DNA of 64,000 nucleotides from the NCBI RefSeq assembly GCF_009914755.1, contig NC_060928.1; one strand, given 5' to 3'. A program made the position numbers and the translations under genes. Position 1 is the first letter of the stretch, and every line of letters begins with the position of its first letter. The notes below the pieces were generated by a model. The model was not told the origin of the DNA, did not search any database, and saw only the letters and a program-made list of their open reading frames with translations. Below are positions 48,801-64,000 of this stretch, in pieces. Source of the DNA: the human T2T-CHM13v2.0 reference genome, Homo sapiens.

Positions 48801-50999
48801 TACAAACATAAATACTGATATCTGGCTTCATTTCAAAATTTTTTAAATTGAGTTTGTCCATTTCCACTGAATTTAATTATTTCGAGCACCAACTCCAGGA
48901 GCAGGAAGTTAGCACTGGGCTTGTTTTTATTCTGAGTACTGCTTGAATACTAATAGTTGAAAAGTATTGTAATATTTGACCCTGAAGAGCTTTGACTCAG
49001 GGATTTTGTGTTGTCATTCACATCCTCGGCAAGGAAAGGTATCCAGCTCCTACTATTTAATATGTAATCACGACATCTAGTGCTCACTGTTTGGTTTTGT
49101 TAAGCAATAGCTGTGAGCCACAGAGCCAACCTGCAGCCGCATCTCACCCAAGAAGGCCCAGGGCTGTGTTTTCAGTTTTGCTTTTAATGATTGCATAACT
49201 GTGTGAAGTTCTAAGACACTGTTGGGATTTTAGCCTTGGGATGACAAGCCTTTGGGGCACCTCTTTGGGGTAAAGAAAGAAGAACTAACAGAAGAGCTTC
49301 AGTTTAAGTCTGATGAGGACAAACGCCTGGCACTAGGTGGGTTTTAAAAATCCTTGAAAATTTTTTAAAAACTAAAAAAAAAGCCAGCTCTTTTGCAATT
49401 GCCCAGAGAGAGGAGGACACCCATATTGATTGATGCATTGTTCTCCTAGGCAGGAATCGTCCCACTATAGTCTGCGGTAGCAAGAGTTCAAGGGTTAAAG
49501 TAGGAAGACTGATCCCATAAATGTAATTTGCATTCCTTCCAAATTCACATACAATTGTATAGCAGTGAGTATTTAAATTTAAAAACATTATAGTTTAAGG
49601 AACTTTTCTCATGAACAGTTCTCCTAGTGTACATTATGTAAATTCTACCACCAGAGAAAAATTCCTGCTTTGTTCCGGCTTAAGCTTGGTACATATATAC
49701 AAACCCATACTATTACTTCAGAAAATTCAACTTAGGTAATCTGGCTCAATACTCATGGTTAGAGATTTTAACTTTAACAACTTAACAATATTTGGTTTAT
49801 CATATTTGTGCTTTTATTTCAATTTAGAATGTTTTCCAGCCAGAAATCTAGCTTTAAGTTTTATAAAGCATGATGACACAGCAGCTAGAACTCAAATCTC
49901 TAAATGGAATTATGCTAAATTTAACAATATGTTACCTAAAGTCCTTATGCCTTAAAATGTTTCTAGGCTAAATTCTGCAATTTCCCTGGAAACATATTGA
50001 ATTGTCTTCAATAATACATTGCATAAATATATTTATCCTACATCTAGGTACTTCAAATTATAAGCTAGTAAATCTTGTAATATTTCTAGCTTTAAGACTC
50101 GTATGTATTTCTTCCTTTGTATTTTCTCCCCAATCATATGATTATGTACTATTGATGCTATAAATATCTTATATTTTAAGGTTAGGCTAATTCCCAGTGG
50201 CTCTATTATCCCACCTGTGCTTGCAACTCAGTATGTGATGAAATTGCCTATGACTTATCAATTAACCCTTGGTGTCCCTAGAATCCAAAATAAAGAATAA
50301 ATGTATGTAAAAGGATAATTGGAGACTTAGAATCTCTTCCTCAAGATTTTATCTGGTTAATGACTATCACAGGTGGGCTGTTCTTTTTATTCTTGGAAGA
50401 ACATACTCTATTCCGGAGGGGAAAATATCAAATTAGTTCAGCCTGCTACCTGCTCCCATAGAAGATGGGGGAAGCTGGCTCTTTCATCGGTGTTTTCGTC
50501 TGTAGCCGCCCCCTTCCCCAACCTTGAGTTGATTTAAAAGGATGGAAGAAAGTACCGTGCTACCTCCAATGCTGTCATTCAGTGTTCACCCCAGGCAGTG
50601 TGCTAGACACATTCCTGGACTAAATCCTTTAGTTCCTTTAAGACAACAAACCTATAAGATAGGTATTATTATCTCGATTTTACATATTAAAAAATAATGT
50701 AAGCCTTTTTGTATTTGCATTGTTTTGCTTTGTTCTTTAAATGTCTGCTTTAAAAAAAGAAGTGGGGTAGGTAAAGGATCAAAAAAGGCCTGGAATCCCA
50801 AAAGTAATGATAAATGTTCTAAAAACTCTTTAAAACTTTTTATCTTCCATCTAAACAGGATGCATCTGTTACCCATGCTAATTACACAGAAGGCATCTGA
50901 GTCTTCCTAACTTCTAGCACGTAATAGACAACCTGTGATTCCTAACATTTACTGTTGGAATTTACCCATTGGATCTTTTCTATTATAAATTTATCTTCA

Positions 51000-51373
<374 letters not shown>

Positions 51374-51448
51374 TCAAAGAAGAATGATTGCCACTGGGCT
51401 TTTCTCAAACCCACTCATCTGTCAGTCACGTTTGAAAATTATTTCTCA

Positions 51449-51794
<346 letters not shown>

Positions 51795-52252
51795 TCACCT
51801 GACTGACATATATGTGTCCAGAAATGAAATCTTTACAGTGACCTGTTACTGTCTTAATGATAAACATTGAATTATTGACATCTACTTTATCTGAGGCGTT
51901 ATCCTAGGAACTTTATATGCGTTGTCTGTAATCCTTATAGCATCCCTCAGAACCACATTCTTCCCCTTCTACATCCTTCCTTCTCAGGTAAGGAAACTGA
52001 GGATTGCCTCAAAGTCACATGACTATGGTAAAGACATTTTTTTCCCACATGCTTATGACTAAATGTTAGTACTCGCTGGAAACTTCATACCAGACATCCC
52101 ATACCCTTTGGACTGATTAACTCATAGCAGGGGAACTTGGGCCTTAGAGTCACTGTTAATTGGAGGTTAGTGGTATGTGGCTGAGAGAAAATTGTCTGGG
52201 AAATGCATTTGCCCTTCAAGCTCAGAACCCAGAAAGCTTTTGTCAGAGCCAG

Positions 52253-53370
<1,118 letters not shown>

Positions 53371-53695
53371 CTGTAAGGTATAACTGGTCTGCAAACTTTG
53401 CACCTGCCAGAACCACAGAGTAAAATCATACCTTCCCCAAAACAAAGGCACCATTTTGAACACAGTTGGAATAGGAACATAGCTTTTAATCCTGTTGTTT
53501 AAAAAGAGAAGCTAAAAAGTATGCTGACTGCTTTTAATATTTTTCCCATTCGTCCACTAGCAGGAGTGAATACTGTCAAGAAGTCTTCAAACTACCCAAA
53601 AGCAAGTTGAAGATAAGCTTCTATGAAATGTCATGCATTTTTGTAGTGTGTGTATGTACTATGTTTTGCTAAAGAAGATTATAGAATCCATCTCC

Positions 53696-53890
53696 TGGAC
53701 TTTGGGGACTTGGGGGGAACAGTGGGAGGGGGGCGAGGGATAAAAGACTACAAATGTGGTGCAGTGTGTACTGCTTTGATGATGGGTGCACCAAAAATCT
53801 CACAAATCATCTGGTATGTAACCAGATACCACCTGTACACCCAATAGCTTATGGAAAAATAGAAATTTAAAAATTAAAACATTAATAAAA
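53696..53890 (+). mobile_element. L1PB1-like 3' end (severely 5'-truncated)
   Basis: 'tggactttggggacttgggggg...gagggataaaagactacaaat...ttatggaaaaata'. Confidence 0.88.
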
Positions 53891-55279
53891 TATGTATAAT
53901 TATTTAAAAAAATAGTATCTATTTCCAAGTATCTTTGGCTTAAGCAGTAGGATTTTTTTTCCCCAAAGAACAGTAAGTTAATGCACTTTACATGTTAATA
54001 TTTCCAGCTAAGAAAACATTAAGGATTGAAAATTAGGAATTTAAGCTGGTCTCATATTTATTTAGTTGAGTGAATTAAAGGGGGGTTAAGAGTTTATCAG
54101 TTTCTGGTGTTCTTTTACTTCTACCCTGTACCACTCTCTAGAAATACACTTGTGATCTGTGAATTGTCACGCATATCGTTATATGATCATTTACTTAAGT
54201 CTACTTTAATTGGTTTTGGATCGTTTCCACAAACTATGTTTCTGCATTACATTCCACATTGCAGAAGGTGGGGCTGCTCTGTTGAGTTTCGCTTATAAAT
54301 AAGCAAACATTCTTTGACCTGCAAAATTCCAAGAACAGCCCTCCTTCCTACCTGACCCTTATATATTTCTAACACTTGTTAATAGAAAAATTGAATGAAA
54401 AAAACAACAACTAAAGATCCTTCCAATATTTTCTGGAAAATTGATTTCCTTTTGTGGGAGTTGGAGTGTCTAACTGGAAGGGATAAAAATAATACCTGAG
54501 CAAGTTATATTTGACTCATATTTGAACAGTCATCTAATGGAAGACAAATCTATGTTCGCAAAGTCTTTGTTTCCCTTAGGGAAGTAAGTGGATTGCCAAA
54601 TAATGGTGGGAAATGCTTACAGTGCATATTTTCTTTGTGATTATCAGGCAGAATTTTGTTCTGGTTTTGGGATTCAAAATATGCCAGGTTCTTTATTTTC
54701 TTAGGATGTCCATTTTACCTAGTTCATTGTAAATGACACTGAAAGGAAACCCCGATCAAAGTTTTTGGCTTCCTGGAATTTTGCTGTTGCTTGGGGGAAA
54801 AGCAATGCTTTTTTTTCTGTTTGGATTTTTCAGTGGCATTTAAGGAAGCAAGATGAAATAGGTAATCCATACAGAAATAATCATCTTGTTTTTCTTTTTG
54901 AAAATCACTGGTCCAAGAAAGATACAATTTAAATCCAAGGTCATTGGCATTGATCAGAATAGATAGCTGATACTTTTCCTGAAAGATGAACCATAATATT
55001 TTAGCATCATGAAGCCCAGGAATGTGAGCCACAAGAACCTGGGTCCAGGAAAGTCATGTAAATCCATTCTGGCTTGGCCACAGCTGGGGCCTTGACTAGA
55101 GTTACCGTTTTCTTAACCTTAAAGCCACGCCTTGGACTCTGCTTCCTTTAATCTGACCAGACTGTCTTGAATCTAATAGTATGAGGCCATGTATTTAGGG
55201 TCAGTTAGCTGATTATTGAGTACCCACTATGTGCTTGCTACTGGGTTAAACATGATAGCTTCCTTATGGAATTTACATT

Positions 55280-55640
55280 TGTCTTAGTCCTTTTGGGTTG
55301 CTATAACAAAATACCTTAGACTGGCCAATTTATAAATAATAGAAATTTATTTCACATAATTCTGGATGCTGGGATGTCCAAGATCAAGGCATCACAGATT
55401 TGGTGTCTGGCGAGGGCTTGCTGTCACCCATAAATGGTGCCTTGTGACTGTGTCCTTACAGGGCAGAAGGGGAGGGCAGCTCCCTTCAACCTCTTTTGTA
55501 AGGACACTAATCCCATTTGTGAAGTCAGAGCCCTTGTGATGTAATCAACTTCTAAGGGCCTCACCTCTTAACATTTCCACACTTGGGTTTATGTTTCAAC
55601 ATATGGATTTTGGAGGGACACTAGTGTTCAGGCCATAGCA
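55280..55640 (-). mobile_element. MLT1A0/MSTD-like solo LTR, inserted in L2-like sequence
   Basis: TG...CA ends, perfect TSD acatt at 55275-55279 and 55641-55645. Confidence 0.88.
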
Positions 55641-55993
55641 ACATTTAGCCTAGAACAGCCTAGAAATGGGTGAGAATTATTTCCTTTATTCAACTAGAAT
55701 TGATTGAATGCCTATCATATACTAGGTGCTCTTCCGCATACTGAGGATTCAAATGCGACAAATTCCAACTCTTGTCTAAGAGGTGCAAGAGAGTGCCATG
55801 AGAGTTCAGAACTAGGACAACTAATCCAGCTAGAGGCATCCAGGGTACTTTCCGGAAGAGGCCAACACTGAGTGGGAAGTCAGAGTCAGCCAGATGCTAT
55901 AAGGAGGGCTTTCCGGAGAGAAGGCTGTCCATGGACACGGCCAGTAAAAACTCCCAAAGTGTGACAGCGTGACGTGTTTTTGAAAGAATCGAG

Positions 55994-56148
55994 GGCTGGG
56001 CGTGGTGGCTCACACCTGTAATCCCAGTGCTTGGTCGGCCAAGGCGGGAGGATTGCTTTAAAGCAAGGAGTTCAGGGTTACAGTGAGCTATGGTCCCATC
56101 ACTGCACTGCAAACTGGGTGACAGAGTGAGACCCTGTTTCAAAAAACA
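55994..56148 (+). mobile_element. Alu monomer (FLAM_A/FAM-like)
   Basis: Single monomer 'ggaggattgcttt...ggagttcagggttacagtgagctatg'. Confidence 0.85.
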
Positions 56149-56434
56149 GAATATTTTTTCTCTATATCCACACCTTGTTGGATATGCCCACAATTTGGGG
56201 CCATTTACAGATGGAGTGGGGGGCCACAGTGATCCTAAGAGCCAGGGAGGGAGGAGCAGGAAGTGGGAAAGGGGTTTAAGTAGACAGCTTCCAGAGCCCC
56301 ACTTCGCTCCACCTCTACCTGGATTTCTGTTCATTCAGGTCTCCCACAACCAAGAGGTGTCTGGTGAGAAGATCAGTAAATCACCTCGTTTTGATTCCAC
56401 ATTCGTAAAGAACTGAAAATCGCTATTTCATGAC

Positions 56435-56800
56435 CTGCGCTTTTCCTCGCAGTAACCCTGAGAGTTTGGAAAGGGGCATTACCACCACCACATTATGGAT
56501 GAGGAAATTGACATCCTCAGTGTGAGCGATGTTGCTGGGTCCACAGTTCAACATGGCAGCGCTGGGACTGGAGCTGTGTTTCCTGGGCCTTTGGGCCCAG
56601 GCAGTAGAGTATAGGTTTAAATCTTGGCTCTACCAGTTGCTAGCTAGAGGATATAAAGCAAGTTCCTTAACCTGTTTAACCTTGCTTCCTCCTCTGTTAG
56701 ATGAGCTTCAAAATAGTACCTCCTAAGTGGTTGTGAGGATTAAATGAGATCATGCACATAAAGTGCTTGGCACATAGTAAGCACTCAATAAATATTTATT
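56435..56800. mobile_element. Two MIRs in opposite orientation (~56435-56600 minus, ~56605-56800 plus)
   Basis: 'gatgaggaaattgac' core on minus; 'ggttgtgaggattaaatgagat...ggcacatagtaagcactcaataaat' on plus. Confidence 0.75.
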
Positions 56801-57066
56801 CCATTAATAGGCACTGAATCAGATTCTGTGGTTGCAAAACTGGGTGTGACACGAGTACAAAACAGAGACAGACAACTACATAACTGGCCATATAGCCAGG
56901 GGATAGGCTCTGAGTAAGCACTTAGCACAGCACTTTGATGGTTCTATTTGGGATAGGGGCACAGCGGGCCAAAAGCTTTCACAGAGAAGATCCTATTAGG
57001 ACTTTGACCCAGAAGGTAGAATTTCACTCCCCTTGAAAGGGCAAGTCCAACTAAAGAGATGCAATT

Positions 57067-57370
57067 CTATTAGTTACCTATTACTGTACAACAAATTACC
57101 CCAATATTTAGCAGCTTAAAACAATAAACTTTTTTTTTTATCTGACAGTTTCTGTAGGCCAGGAATCTGGGCGCAGGATAATGGGGTGCCTCTAGTTTAA
57201 GGTCTGTCAGTCAAGCTGTCAGTCAGGGCTGCAGTGATCTCCAGGCTGGACTGGGGCATGGAGAATCTGCTTTCAAGCTCACTCAGGTGTCTCTTGGCGG
57301 GTCTGAAAAGGTACACTTCCAAGCTCACTCGTGTGACTGCTAGCATGCCTAGGTTTCTCATCAGGTACTT
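57067..57370 (-). mobile_element. MLT1 LTR fragment
   Basis: 'tattagttacctattactgtacaacaaattaccccaa...gcagcttaaaacaa'. Confidence 0.75.
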
Positions 57371-57383
57371 TCTTTATCCTGTA

Positions 57384-57545
57384 GAGATGGAGTCAGCAAA
57401 CTTTTTATGTAGAGAACCAGATAGTAAATATTTTGGACTTTGCCAGTTATGGTATCTATTGCAACTACTCAACTCTGCTGTGTAGCTCAAAAGCAGCCAC
57501 AGACAATGCATAAATGAATGGGCCTAGTTGTGTTCCAATAGACAT
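57384..57545. mobile_element. MER58A
   Basis: 'gtcagcaaactttt...ccagatagtaaatatttt...gcaactactcaactctgc...gtgttccaata'. Confidence 0.82.
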
Positions 57546-58732
57546 GTATTTGTTCTCTCTCTTGCTCTCTACTAAAACTGATAGCTTAACCAGGATATCA
57601 AAATACATTACAAACCTCATGTAGAATGGGAAAGATTTAGGGGACGACAACTTAACTGACAGTTCAGGTTCTTTTTGGTAACACATGTAGTCTTAGTCAC
57701 TGGTGGCATGGCTGGCCAGCTTTGGGGCAGAGTGACGGACTCATGGCAGCAGGGCCCTTGCCTGCCATAAGAAAAGACAGGCCCGGAAGCTGAAGGGCCA
57801 GTGGCATCATAATTACATCTTTCCAGTAATTGATTGCTTGACCTGTGCCAATGTAACATATGTAACCCATAAGATTGTTCTTAAGGCTCATAAGATATAG
57901 ATACTTAAGGACTCACAGAGAGTGCAGTGTCTACACAGGTATGTTCTGCCCTCCAGAATTTCCCTTAAATAATTGCACAGAAATCTGTCCCTAATATTTC
58001 CTTTTGCATTACATGTATGGTGTACCTAGAATCTGGCTTTTCTAAAACAACTAGAACATCAGCAAGGTGTCTCAGAGGTTGAAAAGAGGCCTGGATGATT
58101 CTTTGTGCTTGTGTTTGAGGCTGTCAATATGTTAAAGTAGTAAAATAATGACAAAGCAGCATTATAAACATTGAAGAATATTTTAAATGCTTACATGTAC
58201 AAATTTGCAATATTATACACATGCATAAAAGTGGTAGAATTTTCCTAGTCTAGAAATAACATAAGGAACAGCAAGTGATTTGTTATAGAAAAAAAATGAG
58301 GCTGAGGTTTAAAGATACATGAAGAACATTACCTTTCTTCAGTCCTGTCAGTGCGGCTCTGGGCATGTATTTGGAGATAGTGTCAGGAGCCTACATTTGA
58401 GTTCTCTCTTTGACAGGAAGTCCAAGTTATTCAACTTCCTGTGTCTCACATTCCCTGCCTAGCTCTGCAGTGATAGGCTTTGTTGCATGCATCCACCATA
58501 CTGAAGACTCCATGATATATAATAAATGAAGAAGCTTAAACTCTGAATTCTTTCTCCAAAATATATTAGTTGTGTAACCTTATGCAAGTTATTTAGGCTT
58601 GCTAAACCAATTTCCATTATCGTAAAATGAAGCTAGGACACTGGAATGCTTATTTCACACAGAGTTGCTGGGAAAAGAACAAGATAGTGAGTGTAAAGTA
58701 TCAAACACATAGTGAATGCTCAAGTGTCAGAT

Positions 58733-58845
58733 ACCATCACCATCTTCACCGTCATCACCATCACCACCACTTCCACTGTCACCACCATCACCACCATCAT
58801 CATTACCACCACAACCCTGTCACACACACACACACACACGCACAC
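58733..58845. repeat. (CAC/CAT)n imperfect trinucleotide repeat followed by (CA)n, at the tail of a MIR (~58530-58730)
   Basis: Directly visible. Confidence 0.9.
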
Positions 58846-59725
58846 CCATGCATCAGAACCAGAGCCTCAAATCTTGGTTTGAAAATCTGTTGAGTGTAAC
58901 AACTGGGCCTGGATCCAGTGAAGAGTCTTATGGTTATAACCTCCCTGAGCCCTCCTGCATGTGTGAACTGTTAGCACCACAGCCGCAGTGACTTGGCCCT
59001 GGGTTCTGCTTCATTCCACCCTCACCTGTCCTTGGTAAATAAACATGTATGTGCAAGACAGTTTGTACATCTCAGACAAATCTCTTCTGCCACATGTGTG
59101 AGAAAATTGAGACAGAATAAGGACTTTATAACTAGAAAAGATAAAATCCAAAGGGCATTGGGGCACCTGCAGATTCACAGAATGACTGTCAGTCATCATT
59201 CTTGGGCCCCTGATGCTAAAAGAGACACACCTTGCCATCTCCACCTGGGAAGAGCTTGTGCTGCAAAGAGAGAGAACATGATGAACTTAACAGGAGTTAA
59301 GAATTTGGCTCTGATTCCCTGGAGTCTGTTAGGTGGGGTCTTTAGCTGTTTGGAAAAGAAGGGTTTCTGCCTGGGACAGGTAATAATTGCTGAACAGACT
59401 TTCCTTGCACTTTCCCTGGAGGTGTGAATTTGATAGCAGTGATGCCTTGCAGATTATCATTTCCTGGTTTATGATGGAGGAACTTAATCTCCTGTTTAGG
59501 TTTCTAACTGCCAGGTCCCATAGGTTACTTACTTCACAACAGAAAAATAGAAAAGAATGGAAAGATAAAATCAAATTCATCTCACACATTAAAATCATGG
59601 CCTGTTATAGTCAGCACTGTAGACACTGAACTTGGAAGCTGCAAGGAGGGTGATATTACCAAAAATGTTAAGTTCCAAAAATGTTAAACTCTAGAGAGAA
59701 TGGTTAATTAACTGTCAGGGGTCAC

Positions 59726-60519
<794 letters not shown>

Positions 60520-60627
60520 TCACTCTTGGAATAATTTGCAAGAATTTAAAACAATTATTATGAACATTGTGTATTTTCATGGAAAAGGCCAGAGACGTGA
60601 TGCTAAGTGAAAAAAATGGGACATGTT

Positions 60628-60752
60628 GTAAAATGATCAAAACAGGGTATTTAGCATATGCAACAGCACGCATTTATCATTTCTTTATCATAAGAACATT
60701 CAAAAGCCTCTCTTCTAAATATTTTATAAGATACTACACCTTACTGTTACTA
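60628..60752 (-). mobile_element. L1MA 3'UTR fragment
   Basis: 'catttatcatttctttatcataagaacattcaaaagcctctcttcta'. Confidence 0.65.
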
Positions 60753-62524
60753 AATGTGAAAAAAATAAAAATTAAAAACCACACAAGAAAAAGAAGTGGG
60801 ACACGAAGTTGTATGTGTATTGTATAGAATTTGTATGCAGATGGACATAAACCCTTGAAAAAATTTGCATACATAACACACGGTTCAGCTGCACTGATTA
60901 TGGTTGACCTTTTTTCCTCTCTTTTTCCAAGTTTTGTGCACTTATATGTATTTGTGCATGCGTGCATAATTATATATGTTTTAATGTAGAGTGTATAAAT
61001 CACATTATGTATATGCAAACATATATAACATTTTTAATGAACAAAGGTCTTTAAGCATTTGGAAAAGACCAGATCTGAGCAGAGCGAGTGCAAAAAGAAA
61101 GTTTTTGTACTTTAAAAACTACTTAGAATTTGGCATAAACTAAGGACTAAGCTTTAACGTTAATCGATAAATGAGTGAATCTTACATTCTATCCCGAATA
61201 TGATTGTGCTTTAGTGAAGTAACTAGGATTTTTCTTTTTTCTGTGGAGATTCTAGATATAAATCACGGTTTTGTTTCTTTGGTTTAAATTACATTCCTCT
61301 TTGATCATTACTTCACACAATGAAAAGATATTTCCTTGTGCAAAGTAGTGGTTAACTTCTCATAACCTCTGACAACAAAGAGCCCCTGTGTGAGGACACA
61401 GGAATTCCTCTTGGGATACAGGGAAGGCCCCCAGCTGAATCGTATCCAAGGAAGATGTTGCAAAGCTTGCAAAGCTTGTTCAGAAAAAGGAGCCCAGCTT
61501 GAGCTCTTTGCTTTCTATTCAGATATTGGCCCCATGTAGAGGTGGGGGTGGGAGTTGGGGGGAACCCATCAAAGAGAAATGGGAAACAAACCTGACTGCA
61601 TTTACAGATTACAAGGAAAAGTTAATTCTTGCAACCAGTGTTAGAGCCAACTCAGGCTTATTATATTTAGAATTTAACTCCACTTGGAAAAAAACCCCTT
61701 TTTTTTTTTTCCTTTCATGGAAGTTAAAGAAGGTAACACAAACAGCCCGTCCACTCTGTGGTGTAAACTCTGAAGTAAAAAACACCTGTCTGCAGAGAAG
61801 TCCCAGGCTGGCTGAGTTCACCTTGACTAGCTCTATTTTTCCCCACCAGTGAGTCCAGCATGTTCCCACCAGTTATTATTATGAACTGAAATCTCGCAGA
61901 GTCAGGCATTTGGCATGGTATTCACGGCCTCTCCCCACCTAACCCCAGCCCATCCTAGTGGATTTATCTCCCATCATGCTTCCTTTTCCACCACCCACAA
62001 ACCTTCCCTTCCTCCCATGCTTTAACTCCCCACCCCCAACCTTGTTGGGAGGACTTATAGAACGATATAAAGCACCCACAAGTGGGTCTGGCATGTCCAG
62101 GCTTTCAGTAAATGCTGGTGCCCTTTTCCCTTCTTCTCTTTCCCTTTGCACAAAAAGTCTTCCTATTAGAGGTACTTAAGTCTTGGGACAATGATAGACC
62201 CTTTAACAGGGTGGTGATGAGCAGAAATGAGCGAGGAGGAGAGTCTGCCCTCTCCGCCCTCTACCAGCCCCTCTTAGGGGCCTCCCTCTACCAGCCTACT
62301 CATCAAATGCTGCACATTAATAACAATTAGCCACATGGCCGCTGCCATTTTTGTGCTTCTGCCACCAGCTTTTCCTGGTTCATGCATTATGTGTACACCT
62401 CATGTGAAGGAACGAAGGAACAGAGAGGTTTTGAGATTTTTCTTGAGGCCACACAGCTTATAAGTAGTGGAGCCGATTCAAATTCAGGAGTTTCTGGCTC
62501 TAGAGCTCACCCCTCTTTTCCACT

Positions 62525-62988
62525 TGTGCTGAACTCCTATTAACCTCAATAGGGAAGGCACCAAGTTCAAGAGGCCGAAAAAGACATCTAGAGCCAGGAA
62601 ATGAGACATGGGGCTTATTTGGGGCCTACATACAGAGGAGAGAGTCCAGTGGCGGCAGGCTGGACAATATAACCACATTGCCCAGTGGTAGCGGACTAGG
62701 CAACTTGCAAACAGCATGCACTCTATACAGCATTTTCACTTACCCTCCCCTTAATAACCTCCACCTGGCAACCTTCATTTAACCCAAAACTCAGGTCTCA
62801 ATCCCCTGTACAGCGCATCTTCCATTGGACAGGCCGGGTCTCAGATGTTTATCATAGATAAGGAAGGAATCTCTGAGGTGGTCACTCCTGGATTCCCTAG
62901 CTCAGAACACACATTCAGGTGCATCTGTCATTCAGGGTCATTCTAAGGGCATACTTAAATTATTACCACCAGGTGCATTTACCCTGCA
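62525..62988 (-). mobile_element. ERV solo LTR (LTR47-like) at the edge of a MIR (~62350-62520)
   Basis: Minus strand starts tgcagggtaaatgcacctg; perfect TSD ccact at 62520-62524 and 62989-62993. Confidence 0.82.
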
Positions 62989-63291
62989 CCACTATGCAAA
63001 AGTGTCTTCCCAAAGACTCACCGACTTTTGGTCACCAGCAGCATTTGTCCCCAACACCTGTGGGTGCTCAAACCGTATCAGGAGAAGAAATACCCCCTCC
63101 TAGTTCAGGGGTGGCTCCACTTGAAAAATAACATTCTACAAAGTAAAAATTCCATTCCATGTACAGATAAATTGCACGGATAAATATCAAGCAAGAATCT
63201 ATTTGCTAACAGACCACGGAATGTTGTCCTTCGGGTGTTTAATGTTGTACTTGAATATGCTGTAAAAAACGCCATTTAAGAACGTGTAGAT

Positions 63292-63497
63292 CAGCACTAT
63301 CCAATAGAACTTTCTGTAATGAGGAACATGTTCTATGTCCATACTGTACAATACAGTAGCCACTAGCCACATGTGGCTTTTGAGCACTTGAAGTATGGCT
63401 CATTAGTGTAACCAAGGAGCTGAAATTTTAATGTATTTAATTTTAAGTAATTTAGGTAGCCATATGTCGTTAGTATTTACCATTTTGACTGTGCAGC
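63292..63497. mobile_element. MER3 (hAT-Charlie MITE)
   Basis: 'ccaatagaactttctgtaatga...gtagccactagccacatgtggc...gagcacttgaa'. Confidence 0.85.
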
Positions 63498-64000
63498 TCC
63501 AGAATATTCAGAAAGATTGGTTGTAGGACACCACCCCAACTCCATTTTCATAGTGTTTTGCCTATAATCTCTATTATATCATTGCATCTAATTGCTTAGG
63601 TGCACCCACCCCACTAAATTATAAGCTTGATGTCTTATTCATCTGGGCTGTGATCCCTACTAGCATATGGTCTGGCCCGCAGCACTAGATGTTTAATAAT
63701 TAATGCAAGTTAAATAAATGGATGTGAACTGGCTCATTCAGAAGCCAGATTCCTACTGCTTGCTATCATCTAATTCACTCTTTCTCATGACTTTCTCTTA
63801 TGACTAGACTGGTCCCCAAATCTCCAGGTCAAGCCCAGTCTGCTCACCTGTAAGCACATTTTTCTTTTCTCAAACGAAATCGCTCTTTTAAGTGATTGTT
63901 TTGGTATTTGCCTCTTTCTCTCTAAATGCATACTTCTATTACTATTTCTTTGGTGGGTTTTTTTCCATAATAGGCATCATCTTCCACAGTGGAAGAAGCT

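Noticed and set aside
58627-58991. His-rich (88 aa) and Pro/Ser-rich (91 aa) ORFs
   Set aside because: Translations of a MIR tail plus (CAC/CAT)n and (CA)n repeats; no splice or coding context
58993-59629. 144-aa ORF and neighbours in unique sequence
   Set aside because: Non-ATG start (TTG), no recognisable domain, overlapping ORFs on both strands; compatible with chance

Overview
This is primate non-coding genomic DNA, from a hominoid (human or ape) because it carries an SVA element. It is intronic or intergenic and mostly interspersed repeats. No host protein-coding gene, RNA gene or CRISPR array is supported; the recognisable ORFs come from L1, MaLR, Alu or SVA, and the rest look like noise. 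Main structures: (1) a cluster of nested LTRs at 0.9-6.4 kb, including an internally deleted two-LTR THE1 element. (2) An ~18.7 kb nested stack at 14.4-33.1 kb. An L1MA hosts a full-length old L1PA (itself hosting an L1PA7-like piece, an L1PB, an AluY and a MER1B), a THE1 LTR, and an SVA with a ~150 bp 3' transduction. (3) A second TSD-flanked L1MA lacking ORF1 at 38.4-44.3 kb. (4) Tigger3, MER63, many Alus and two inverted related solo LTRs. The least expected signal is a recurring set of locally templated insertions, mostly inverted (at about 18737, 28886, 34826, 42005 and 42775), which look like template-switch or Pol-theta-type repair scars. I found no evidence for a new gene system. Subfamily names come from recalled consensus sequences and need RepeatMasker/Dfam confirmation; identities are estimated by eye.
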